From NCBI GenBank assembly GCA_964057225.1, contig OZ059894.1, forward strand, positions 12,772,001-12,836,000: a stretch of DNA of 64,000 nt. The letters run 5' to 3'. Origin of the DNA: Auanema rhodensis. Taxonomy: Eukaryota > Animalia > Nematoda. This document shows positions 55,043-63,428 of the stretch, in pieces. The position numbers and the translations under genes are program-made. A model generated the notes under the pieces. That model searched no databases, was not told where the DNA came from, and saw only the letters and a program-made list of their open reading frames with translations. Position 1 is the stretch's first letter; every line of letters begins with the position of its first letter.

Positions 55043-58000
55043 CGCTGCCGTCTGCTTCCTCCATGATTTGTACGATGACAACGACAACATCCTCCAACAC
55101 CTAATGTTGGATTTCGTACAAATCCAACCACGCTCCACGAGCAACAGAGACCTTCTGTTCATGGCCGACAAGATATCCGGTATCTTTCGCCAAACAGAAA
55201 CCAATCCACACGAAGCGCTAAACGCTCTTGCTATTGTACTTCCACACAGCAAGCTACCAGGCAGCATTATTCAAGAGCTCTACAAAACGCTCGACACAAG
55301 GCCCAGCATTGGAACACTAGTATCGACACTTCAAAGATACCTTCGCCAACAAAACAAGGTAAAAATCTTTGCTGCTGATCGATTTGAGAAACCCATCCAA
55401 CGTCCAAACAGCTTCACAGGCCCAAGGCCCAACAACGTGTCGACACCTCAGCGCCCACGACCTGAGATGAGAAAAACAGCAGCAAAAACAACAAGCTGCA
55501 TCTTCTGTCAGAAACCCCACGCTCCCTGGGACTGCGACACTCCGAAGACGAAGAAAGAACGTCAGACCATTCTGACTCAAGAAAAACGCTGCCACAACTG
55601 TCTACGCAAGTCTCACAACACAGAGAACTGCCCCAGCAAACGCACATGCTCCAAGTGTGGCGAAAAACACTTGGAAGTCCTCTGCTACGGAAGAAAGAAG
55701 ACTTCCAAAGTGAATATGTTAAGCAGCACTCCCATGGAAGATGATTACAACGAGGAAGAACACATCATTCAGTTCGCTACTCAACAACAGGACCAACAGT
55801 TTTACAACGCTCTACTCCCGGTAGGGACGATCAACATCTTCAAAGGGGATAAGACCATTGCTGTGCCCGCTATACTTGATAGCGGATCAGACACATCCTT
55901 CATCGAAGAAGACCTCGCTAAAGAGCTTCAGCTTACCGTAATCCAAACGAAGCGAGTAAAGATAAAAACCTTCGGAAACACAACCTCTATTGAGAAACTC
56001 AATAAAGTGGAAGCAAAGATCATCGGAACCAAGTCCGAAATCATTGCCAACTTATGGACAAAGAAGATTCTCACAGGACCTATCAACACAGTCAGTTTCC
56101 AAAAAGCTACAAAAGCCAAGCCAAGCCTAGGACAAACTTCCAAGATTACTCCTAGAATCCTCATAGGATCGGACCTTATGTGGCAAGCACTGACTTCCGT
56201 AGAGCAATTAAATCCAGACAACATAATCATCCACACACAATTTGGAGATTTCATCACCGGTCAAACAACTGACAAAAAGTCAATTAGTGCCTACTCCGTC
56301 ATCACAGGAGAATCTTCAATACCAATTCAAAAATGGAACAAAAGTTTCATTGAAGAACACATGGAATTTACCGGCACAGAACAAGAGGAGAGAGAAGCAA
56401 GAGACAAATTGATCCTAGATCAATTCAACGCTTCCATCCAAAAGAAAGAAGATGGCTATTATGTTTCGTTCCCATGGAAAGAAAACGCACACTTACTTCC
56501 GGACAACAGAGCACTTGCTCTCAAAAGATTGACAAGTTTAGCCCTTAAACTATCAAATCAACCACAACTACTTCAACAATACAACAACATTATTGAAGAA
56601 CAGTTAAACAGCGGCATCATTGAGGAGGCTACGGATCCATACCCAAACGCTCATAGGATTCACTACATCGCCCATCAGGCAGTGATAACGCCTCAAAAGG
56701 AAACGACTAAGCTTAGAATAGTCTACGATGCCTCCGGACATTACCAAAACAAGCCAAGCTTGAACGACGTCATTCACCAAGGCCCATTAATCCTTCCTTC
56801 TCTCATAGGGATGATACTACGATTCAGATGCGGACCAATAGCAATGATTGCTGACGTTAAAAAAGCCTTTCTTCAAATCCGACTACACGAATCCGAAAGA
56901 GACGCGACACGATTCTTCTGGTTAAATGACATCAATCAACCAATCACACCAGAAAACATAAGGACACTTCGTTTTTGCCGAGTTCCGTTTGGCATCAACG
57001 CTTCTCCATTCCTACTCAGCGCAACTATACGCTATCATCTGATGCAAAGAAGTCACGAAAACTTTCTTGCCCATCAAATAAAGGAAAACCTCTACGTCGA
57101 CAACTTACTCTTAGCATGTGATTCGAGCGAAAAGATATGTCTCTGGTATCAAGACATCAAAGACATATTCGCAGAAATGAATATGACACTCCAAGAGTTC
57201 ATATCTAACGACGCTACCTTCAACAACAACCTCAGTATGGAAGAGAAAAACAGTTCAACAACACCCAAAGTATTGGGACTACCTTGGGACACCAAGACTG
57301 ATCAATGGATTATCGAGACGAAGATAACAGAAACAAAACCAACCAAAAGAGGCATAACTCAAGCTATAGCCTCAATCTTCGATCCTATGGGAATGATCTG
57401 CCCCAGCCTTCATCCACTCCGTCTGTTTTTACAATCACTGTGGACAGAAAACTTCGACTGGGACACAACACTTCCCCATGAGCTACAACAAAAATGGAAA
57501 GAATTGTCAGACAATTTTCACATGGTAAAAGCGATTCCTCGCTCACTACCATCAGACCCAACAAACTCATATCATCTGGTCACTTGCACAGATTCCAGCG
57601 GATCAGCGTTAGGATTTTGCGTCTACATCTTATCAGCATCAACTCGCAAACCCAGGCTCATGTTTGCAAAATCAAAGTTGCACTCCAAGAGTTCATCCAT
57701 CACAATCCCAAAAGCAGAAATCTCTGCTCTTACAATAGGAGTATCAAACACTCTGAAAATCGCCAAAGAAATCAGAGGCAACATCAAGATAGAAACTGCT
57801 ACCTTTCTATCCGACTCTGAGATAGCACTTGCTTGGATCCGACAGAAACCAGACCAGAAAACAACTGGGGTCTTGGTACAAAACCGCATCAAAGAAATCA
57901 ACGAATGCGCAGAACAACTGGAAGATATGGAAATAAAGACCTTCTTTGGTTATATCAACACGAAGGATAATCCAGCCGACATCGCCACAAGAGGTTGTAC

Positions 58001-61000
58001 CACAGCAGAGCTAAGCGACCATTACTGGTGGAATCCACAAGCTCAACTCGAACGAGCAATCAATGGTCCATTATTCACTCTTCCACAGAATGAAGTGAAT
58101 GTTCACATGACAACTACGGATGACGACCCAAACGAAGAACCATGGATATCAGACTGTTCCTCATGGACACAGGCACAAGAAAAATGGATAGCAACTCATT
58201 ATCCACTCACTGAAGCTCGTACACCTCAACATTATGAAGAAGCAGAACTAAATCTACTACACCTTCATCAAAGAAACTTGATGGTTCGTCTGACAGCAGC
58301 CCAAAGAAACGATCTCCGTCCACTCCTCAGAGATCACCTCTGGCACAGTAGAGGACGAATGGAAAACGCTGAGCTAGAGCAATCAGCTAAGCTTCCTATC
58401 ATCATCCTTCCCAAAACACCAACCGCACGACTCCTCATAGAGCACTTTCATGAAAAATTTCACAAAAGTACTGCTCATACCATGGCGGAAGTACGACAAA
58501 AATACTGGATTCCTCAACTACGTTCCCAGACACAAGCAGTCATAAGAAAGTGCGCAAATTGTCAAAGGCTTAACAACCGGCCATTTACGTACCCTCCATC
58601 AGGAAACGTACCATCCAGACGACTCCAACGAAGCCAACCCTTCAAACACGTAGGTCTCGACTACTTCGGACCCATCACAGTCAAAGACGGAAATACGAAA
58701 GTCTGGAGCTGCATCTACACCTGCACGGTGACAAGACTCATCCATCTTGAGGTGATTCACAACCTCACAACTACCGCATTTCTCAACTGTTTACGGAAAA
58801 TCTGGGCACGACGTGGATGCCCATCGAGCATAACCTGCGACAACGCAAGCACCTTTGAGCTTGGTCAAAAGGTTGCAAACAAACTCTTCACTACAACAGA
58901 CAGCGGAAATCAATACAAAATTCGCTGGCACAACATCACCCCCTATGCCCCATGGCAAGGCGGTTTTTACGAAAGACTTATTAGGTCCGTGAAGGAAGCT
59001 CTTTACAAAACACTCCACAGTACTCCAACTACTGAAGAGCTCACAATAACCCTTGCAGAGTGTGAAGCTACAATAAACACACGTCCACTCACATACATCG
59101 GTACAGATACGAACAAAGATGAGATCATACGACCATGCGATTTCATCTATAAAGACATCGACTTGAACATCTCTGTCGAATCAGAAGAAGAAATGGATGA
59201 GGATTACATTGACAGCCCAGCGCTACAAACTCAAGCTGATACAGAACGAGCCATTCACTCATCAAGGAAACGCACAAACAAGTTCTGGGAACTCTGGACA
59301 GACCTATACCTGAAAGAGATCCGCGCTACACACCATCACAACATTTCAGTTAAGAAAGCGGGAACAAAGTTAACTCCATCCATTGGTCAAATCGTCCTAA
59401 TCAACGAGCTTCCTATTCCCCGTCACAAATGGAGTACAGGAAAAATAATTCAAGTTCACCCCGACAGATCAGGAAACATCAGAGAAGCAACGCTGATTTC
59501 GGAAACAGGTCGAGAAATAAAAAGACCAGTCAACTTACTGCACCCATTGGAAATCTCAGACAACGAGATCCCAGAAAAACTCAAGGGCAACGCAACACCA
59601 GAAGAACAAGTTCATGAAGAAAGAAGAACCAACTTACGTAACTTACCACGAGTATGGTACGGAGATACAACCAATACACTCCTCACCTTCTTCACAATAC
59701 TTGCGATTTTCGGACCAATGGCCTCAGCAAACCCAACAATTTCATGCAACTCCCACGGAGTTCATATCCAAGGAATCAGTACGGCAAACCAACAAGTGTG
59801 CATCCAAAACACATGCTTCAACAGTAGTAACAACGGAGACGTCACTCTTCCCACAGCAGAAATATTGACAGACTACCAAGTCAGTTGGACATTTTTTCAC
59901 AACTCCAGACTTCAACACATGTTCTTAACATGCCCAGGAGTCCACTTCTGCTCTACAGTTACCTGCACATTTTGTACAGCAACCCTGCTCAATCCATCGT
60001 GCTGGCCTTGGACTTCAATCTTGCTACTGACACTCATAGTATATATGATCACAGCCTTATGCTACGGACTACTATACACACCATGGGTTATCGGCAAACC
60101 AATTCGTCTGTGGTGCTATATAATCTTCTCACTCACACTGACAACTGGACGAAAATTGAAGAAACTCTTCTCAAAAAGAAGGCAATCCGTCATTCCTCTT
60201 CTTGCAATAATACTGTTAGAAATAGGAAACAGCTCTGCATGTCAAGAATTGAACATGATTTCAACAAAAGAATCGTCATGCACTCAAAACAAATGTCGAA
60301 TCCGAACATCAGAACGACTTACCATCAGCCCATACACTCAGGAAGCATGTCTCTCATTTACCAACAACGAGGACAAAATCACTTTCCTACGCATCCAGTG
60401 GATCAAAAGCACTTATTCTTGCGAAGTAAATTCACTATACTTCACTAGAGAAAGCATCACTCAAGTCCAAGACAGCAAACGTTGCCCACGAACTGGATCC
60501 TGCCAAGAAACAAAATGCGCCATGATCAGAGAAGACACCAAGATCAATGAACTAACTATGGCCAACCAATACCCAGGACAAACATTCTGCACAGAATCTT
60601 GTGGAGGCATTGGCTGCGGATGCTTCTATCCATCATCCGGTTGCCTCTTCTACAGAACGTATATGAAACCCACGGACAAATCCATTTACGAAGTCTTCAC
60701 TTGCACAGAATGGTCACAATCTACTCAGATGCTACTTACCTATCAAAATGGAACAAATATAATCACCAGAAACATCACCTTACACGGCGATTTGATAACT
60801 TCTTTGTCTCCATTCAAGATAGCACTTACCAGCATTACTTCACCCGTCATACCAGCAATGCAATACAAATTCATTCGAAATCTGACGAAAACAGCAGTCT
60901 GGAACCAACCAGCAACTCTATCTTGCTCATCTAGAGAGAAAGCAATAAAAATGGAATGCCAAGCTACTCCACATTGCGATTGTTCACCAGCCGAAGATAC

Positions 61001-62531
61001 CGTGAATTGTCGATGCAAAGACTACTCTTTGAATACATCATTTGAAAATGTGAAAAGTGCCTTACCACTCATCACACCTGCCTACTCCATCGAATCTTCA
61101 AATCGCAAAGTTCACATAACTGTCAACCGTAACATTATGGCCGAACTACACATCACAATTGATGGCAAATTCCAAAGCTCATTCAATTACAGCTCGGAAT
61201 TTTGCGACATAACAGACTCCATGTTAACAGGCTGTTACAACTGTCAAAACGGAGCACAGGCTAAAATTATATGTTCCTCATCAACAAATACTCTCGCGGC
61301 AACAACTTGCGAAGGTACAGCATTCATGCTACACTGCAGCCCTGAAGGAACAATGAACACTATTCGACTTCCAATGACAACAGCTTCACCTCGAACACAG
61401 TGTTCATACACTTGCGGAAAACAAACGAAGTCATTTTTGCTCACCGGAATATTATATTACGTGAATAATATGGAAGATCTCAACAAACACTACGTCGATG
61501 GCAATCACTCCTCCATTCATGAGTCAGTTATATCTTTCCCATGGCCTGATATCACTCATTTCTACGACATTTACCTTAACTGGTACAGAGAACTTCTATT
61601 TTGTCTCATACTGATATTATCCGCATTGGCCATTTCGTATTACATCATAACGACATACTCCATCGCCATCGCGAGCAACACACTTTTCTTCGCTATCAGA
61701 ATTATTAAAACCACGCTCCGCCTGCCCATCATTACGCTTCGTTTCCTCAGGCGCCTCCTCTTCCTCATCACTCAACGGAAGACCCACGTCGCTATCATAC
61801 TCTTATTCCTAATCATGTCAACTCACGCCAACACTATTCGCGATACTCTTGCTTCCTCAGCCGAGAGAAAACAATCATATTTACGTCTGTCCTTAGACAA
61901 AAGAAATGATTACTACAAGGGCCTATTGCAATCCATGGATCTATCTCTGAAAACTTTATTCCAACTTGAAGCGATTACGAATACTCCTGCTAGAGACATC
62001 CAACTTGCCGCTACTGATATTCTCTGTTATTTCATCAAAATAAAGGACTTTATCAACACAGCCAGGACCTATAATGTATTCGAAAAGGAGCTTACTGATC
62101 TACAACTATTTGGTAACGAGAAACGACTCACCGAATTGGTGGAAAGAATTCATAAGGACCACTTGGACGACGTAAAATTGGACATGCCCTACGATCCTTT
62201 GAGGGCCCCATCAAGAAAGAGAAGCTGTGAAACATCGCCTCCACGCAAATCCAACATCATTGTAGTGGAAGCGCAACCAGAACTCAAGCTTCTGGTAAAT
62301 GAGATGAAGGATCTCCGCAAGGACATCCAACAACTCACAGCACCATTGAACCTCATCATTGAGGAACTTCGCTGCATCAAAAACCTCTTCCAGAAGAGGT
62401 CTTTACCTGATATCTGCACACAAGGGACTCAAACTCCCTCAAAGCCAAAGCTGAAGAAGACAGAAGCCACACCACCAAACAAGCCATCGACGAGCAAGGA
62501 ATCTCTGCCTTCCTACGTCGACCTTTTCTGA
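55023..62531 (+). CDS. pol: Gag(C-term)-Pol-Env polyprotein, 2502 codons; continuation of gag in the +1 frame (the TTG 'start' is not a true start)
   Basis: Three CCHC knuckles, LDSGS protease, RIVYDAS / DVKKAFLQI / RVPFG / YVDN RT, KVLGLPW...DNPADIATRG RNase H region, H2C2 + GLDYFGP / CDN / WQGGFYERL integrase, then Cys-rich glycoproteins with TM segments. Confidence 0.95.
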   Translation: MNEDSYDAAVCFLHDLYDDNDNILQHLMLDFVQIQPRSTSNRDLLFMADKISGIFRQTETNPHEALNALAIVLPHSKLPGSIIQELYKTLDTRPSIGTLVSTLQRYLRQQNKVKIFAADRFEKPIQRPNSFTGPRPNNVSTPQRPRPEMRKTAAKTTSCIFCQKPHAPWDCDTPKTKKERQTILTQEKRCHNCLRKSHNTENCPSKRTCSKCGEKHLEVLCYGRKKTSKVNMLSSTPMEDDYNEEEHIIQFATQQQDQQFYNALLPVGTINIFKGDKTIAVPAILDSGSDTSFIEEDLAKELQLTVIQTKRVKIKTFGNTTSIEKLNKVEAKIIGTKSEIIANLWTKKILTGPINTVSFQKATKAKPSLGQTSKITPRILIGSDLMWQALTSVEQLNPDNIIIHTQFGDFITGQTTDKKSISAYSVITGESSIPIQKWNKSFIEEHMEFTGTEQEEREARDKLILDQFNASIQKKEDGYYVSFPWKENAHLLPDNRALALKRLTSLALKLSNQPQLLQQYNNIIEEQLNSGIIEEATDPYPNAHRIHYIAHQAVITPQKETTKLRIVYDASGHYQNKPSLNDVIHQGPLILPSLIGMILRFRCGPIAMIADVKKAFLQIRLHESERDATRFFWLNDINQPITPENIRTLRFCRVPFGINASPFLLSATIRYHLMQRSHENFLAHQIKENLYVDNLLLACDSSEKICLWYQDIKDIFAEMNMTLQEFISNDATFNNNLSMEEKNSSTTPKVLGLPWDTKTDQWIIETKITETKPTKRGITQAIASIFDPMGMICPSLHPLRLFLQSLWTENFDWDTTLPHELQQKWKELSDNFHMVKAIPRSLPSDPTNSYHLVTCTDSSGSALGFCVYILSASTRKPRLMFAKSKLHSKSSSITIPKAEISALTIGVSNTLKIAKEIRGNIKIETATFLSDSEIALAWIRQKPDQKTTGVLVQNRIKEINECAEQLEDMEIKTFFGYINTKDNPADIATRGCTTAELSDHYWWNPQAQLERAINGPLFTLPQNEVNVHMTTTDDDPNEEPWISDCSSWTQAQEKWIATHYPLTEARTPQHYEEAELNLLHLHQRNLMVRLTAAQRNDLRPLLRDHLWHSRGRMENAELEQSAKLPIIILPKTPTARLLIEHFHEKFHKSTAHTMAEVRQKYWIPQLRSQTQAVIRKCANCQRLNNRPFTYPPSGNVPSRRLQRSQPFKHVGLDYFGPITVKDGNTKVWSCIYTCTVTRLIHLEVIHNLTTTAFLNCLRKIWARRGCPSSITCDNASTFELGQKVANKLFTTTDSGNQYKIRWHNITPYAPWQGGFYERLIRSVKEALYKTLHSTPTTEELTITLAECEATINTRPLTYIGTDTNKDEIIRPCDFIYKDIDLNISVESEEEMDEDYIDSPALQTQADTERAIHSSRKRTNKFWELWTDLYLKEIRATHHHNISVKKAGTKLTPSIGQIVLINELPIPRHKWSTGKIIQVHPDRSGNIREATLISETGREIKRPVNLLHPLEISDNEIPEKLKGNATPEEQVHEERRTNLRNLPRVWYGDTTNTLLTFFTILAIFGPMASANPTISCNSHGVHIQGISTANQQVCIQNTCFNSSNNGDVTLPTAEILTDYQVSWTFFHNSRLQHMFLTCPGVHFCSTVTCTFCTATLLNPSCWPWTSILLLTLIVYMITALCYGLLYTPWVIGKPIRLWCYIIFSLTLTTGRKLKKLFSKRRQSVIPLLAIILLEIGNSSACQELNMISTKESSCTQNKCRIRTSERLTISPYTQEACLSFTNNEDKITFLRIQWIKSTYSCEVNSLYFTRESITQVQDSKRCPRTGSCQETKCAMIREDTKINELTMANQYPGQTFCTESCGGIGCGCFYPSSGCLFYRTYMKPTDKSIYEVFTCTEWSQSTQMLLTYQNGTNIITRNITLHGDLITSLSPFKIALTSITSPVIPAMQYKFIRNLTKTAVWNQPATLSCSSREKAIKMECQATPHCDCSPAEDTVNCRCKDYSLNTSFENVKSALPLITPAYSIESSNRKVHITVNRNIMAELHITIDGKFQSSFNYSSEFCDITDSMLTGCYNCQNGAQAKIICSSSTNTLAATTCEGTAFMLHCSPEGTMNTIRLPMTTASPRTQCSYTCGKQTKSFLLTGILYYVNNMEDLNKHYVDGNHSSIHESVISFPWPDITHFYDIYLNWYRELLFCLILILSALAISYYIITTYSIAIASNTLFFAIRIIKTTLRLPIITLRFLRRLLFLITQRKTHVAIILLFLIMSTHANTIRDTLASSAERKQSYLRLSLDKRNDYYKGLLQSMDLSLKTLFQLEAITNTPARDIQLAATDILCYFIKIKDFINTARTYNVFEKELTDLQLFGNEKRLTELVERIHKDHLDDVKLDMPYDPLRAPSRKRSCETSPPRKSNIIVVEAQPELKLLVNEMKDLRKDIQQLTAPLNLIIEELRCIKNLFQKRSLPDICTQGTQTPSKPKLKKTEATPPNKPSTSKESLPSYVDLF
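55497..55685 (+). other. Gag nucleocapsid: triple zinc knuckle
   Basis: CIFCQKPHAPWDC, CHNCLRKSHNTENC, CSKCGEKHLEVLC (CX2CX3-4HX4C x3), characteristic of BEL/Pao. Confidence 0.92.
55812..56270 (+). other. Aspartic protease domain (boundaries approximate)
   Basis: AILDSGSDTSFI (catalytic D at 55878) and downstream PRILIGSD. Confidence 0.9.
56640..57220 (+). other. Reverse transcriptase domain (boundaries approximate)
   Basis: HYIAHQAV, TTKLRIVYDAS, ADVKKAFLQI, RVPFGINASPFLL, LYVDN (57093-57104). Confidence 0.95.
57267..58040 (+). other. RT connection / RNase H region (Pao 'Peptidase_A17'-type domain; boundaries approximate)
   Basis: KVLGLPWD, FDPMG, TCTDSS, TIPKAEI, DSEIALAW, DNPADIATRG. 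Confidence 0.88.
58380..59552 (+). other. Integrase (H2C2 zinc finger, DDE core, C-terminal DUF5641-like domain; boundaries approximate)
   Basis: HEKFH...YWIP...CANC; D58659 (GLDYFGP), D58839 (CDN), E58971 (FYERL); FWELW...PRHKW..GKI...RPVNLLHPLE. Confidence 0.93.
59676..60239 (+). other. env: Env part 1: signal peptide, small Cys-rich Gn-like ectodomain, TM, basic tail and Gc signal peptide
   Basis: TLLTFFTILAIFGPMASA|NP; CPGVHFCSTVTCTFC...NPSCWP; TM SILLLTLIVYMITALCYGLLY; RKLKKLFSKRR; VIPLLAIILLEIGNSSA|C. Confidence 0.75.
60240..61700 (+). other. env: Env part 2: phlebovirus Gc (G2)-like class II fusion glycoprotein
   Basis: KRCPRTGSC, CTESCGGIGCGCFYPSSGCLFYRTY (cf. phlebovirus fusion loop CGGWGCGCF...CLF), LTGCYNCQNGA, several N-x-S/T sequons, C-terminal TM LLFCLILILSALAISYYII. 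Confidence 0.9.
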
Positions 62532-62553
62532 ACAATGCTATTATAGCATATTC

Positions 62554-62564
62554 GGCGGCGGGAG
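62554..62564 (+). promoter_or_regulatory. Polypurine tract (plus-strand primer)
   Basis: GGCGGCGGGAG immediately 5' of the 3' LTR; a G-rich PPT with interspersed C is usual for BEL/Pao. Confidence 0.85.
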
Positions 62565-63423
62565 TGTGCGAACGCACTCCATCTTTCCCATACTCTTTTT
62601 GGACAACGATGCACTTTATTCCCACTATTTTATTCACCTATGACTCATACGTGCCGCACACACACATGCAAGTTTATCCGATTACTCACCAGATGTTCCT
62701 TCATTATTGTCTCTTAAACACATCTATCCATCTTAACCTTTTATGTTAATCTTGTTCTCTTATTGCCTATAGTCTATTTTAATCTTAAGAATTCGTTTAG
62801 CTTAATCAATAATCTTGTAAGTTGCAATCGAGGTCTAAATGGCTCATGACTCATTCGCCCACTTGCGCATCCTGCAAAATCTGGGAGATGCCGCACAGGA
62901 TAAGACATGACTCATCTACACTTAGCCTGCCCCCACAACTTACAGCAGAAGGCACATTCAATCTGTGGCAAAATGCTGTATTTTCTCTATATTCTATTCT
63001 ATTCTAATATTCAGCCCACGTATCTATTATTCCTAGATTATTTTATATTTCATTTATTATATATTATTTCGTATTCTTGTTGTAAATTATTTCTCTATTT
63101 CTTCATGCCATCATTAATATGTATTGTATATCGCCCGGTAGAATTCGTATATAAGCTCGCAGCTTTTCCCATTCTTCACCTCTTGATCCAACGACCGCTC
63201 CAAGCGTCGTTCTGCTGTTGCTGCTGCTCCATATTACTTTGTATTCTTGCTTCGTATTGTGTTCATCTATTTTTCTATTTTTTGTCACTGTTGTCTTTAC
63301 CAGTTCTCTCTGAATAAATCGTTGTCCAAGTAACCTAGCGTTCTCGTTCTCTACACTTCAAATCCACTGAACCACCCATGCCTGTTTTACGCTCTCCTAC
63401 TTCAAAGGATTCCAGTCAAAACA
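62565..63423 (+). repeat. 3' LTR (859 bp)
   Basis: Direct repeat of 53495-54353, preceded by the PPT and followed by the TSD. Confidence 0.97.
63313..63318 (+). terminator. Candidate polyadenylation signal AATAAA in the 3' LTR (copy at 54243-54248)
   Basis: TG-AATAAA-TC ~105 bp before the LTR end. Confidence 0.6.
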
Positions 63424-63428
63424 ATTGG
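63424..63428 (+). other. Right target-site duplication ATTGG
   Basis: CAAAACA|ATTGG-AATATTATAAAA. Confidence 0.95.

Larger units (their letters stand above)
53495..63423 (+). mobile_element. Full-length BEL/Pao LTR retrotransposon / endogenous belpaovirus with phlebovirus-like envelope (9929 bp)
   Basis: Two 859-bp direct LTRs (offset 9070) with TG...CA ends, 5-bp TSD ATTGG, PBS and PPT. Domain order is Gag(3x Zn knuckle)-PR-RT(YVDN)-RH-IN-Env, with BEL/Pao signature motifs. Confidence 0.97.

Noticed and set aside
59885-60448. 187-aa alternative-frame ORF overlapping env, and other + strand overlapping ORFs (57494, 59429, 59614, 60599)
   Set aside because: No recognisable motifs. The A/C-rich, T-poor coding strand depletes stop codons in alternative frames.
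55037-62637. Short minus-strand ORFs (61-109 aa) antisense to the polyprotein
   Set aside because: Shadow ORFs of a long coding sequence with no domain signatures.
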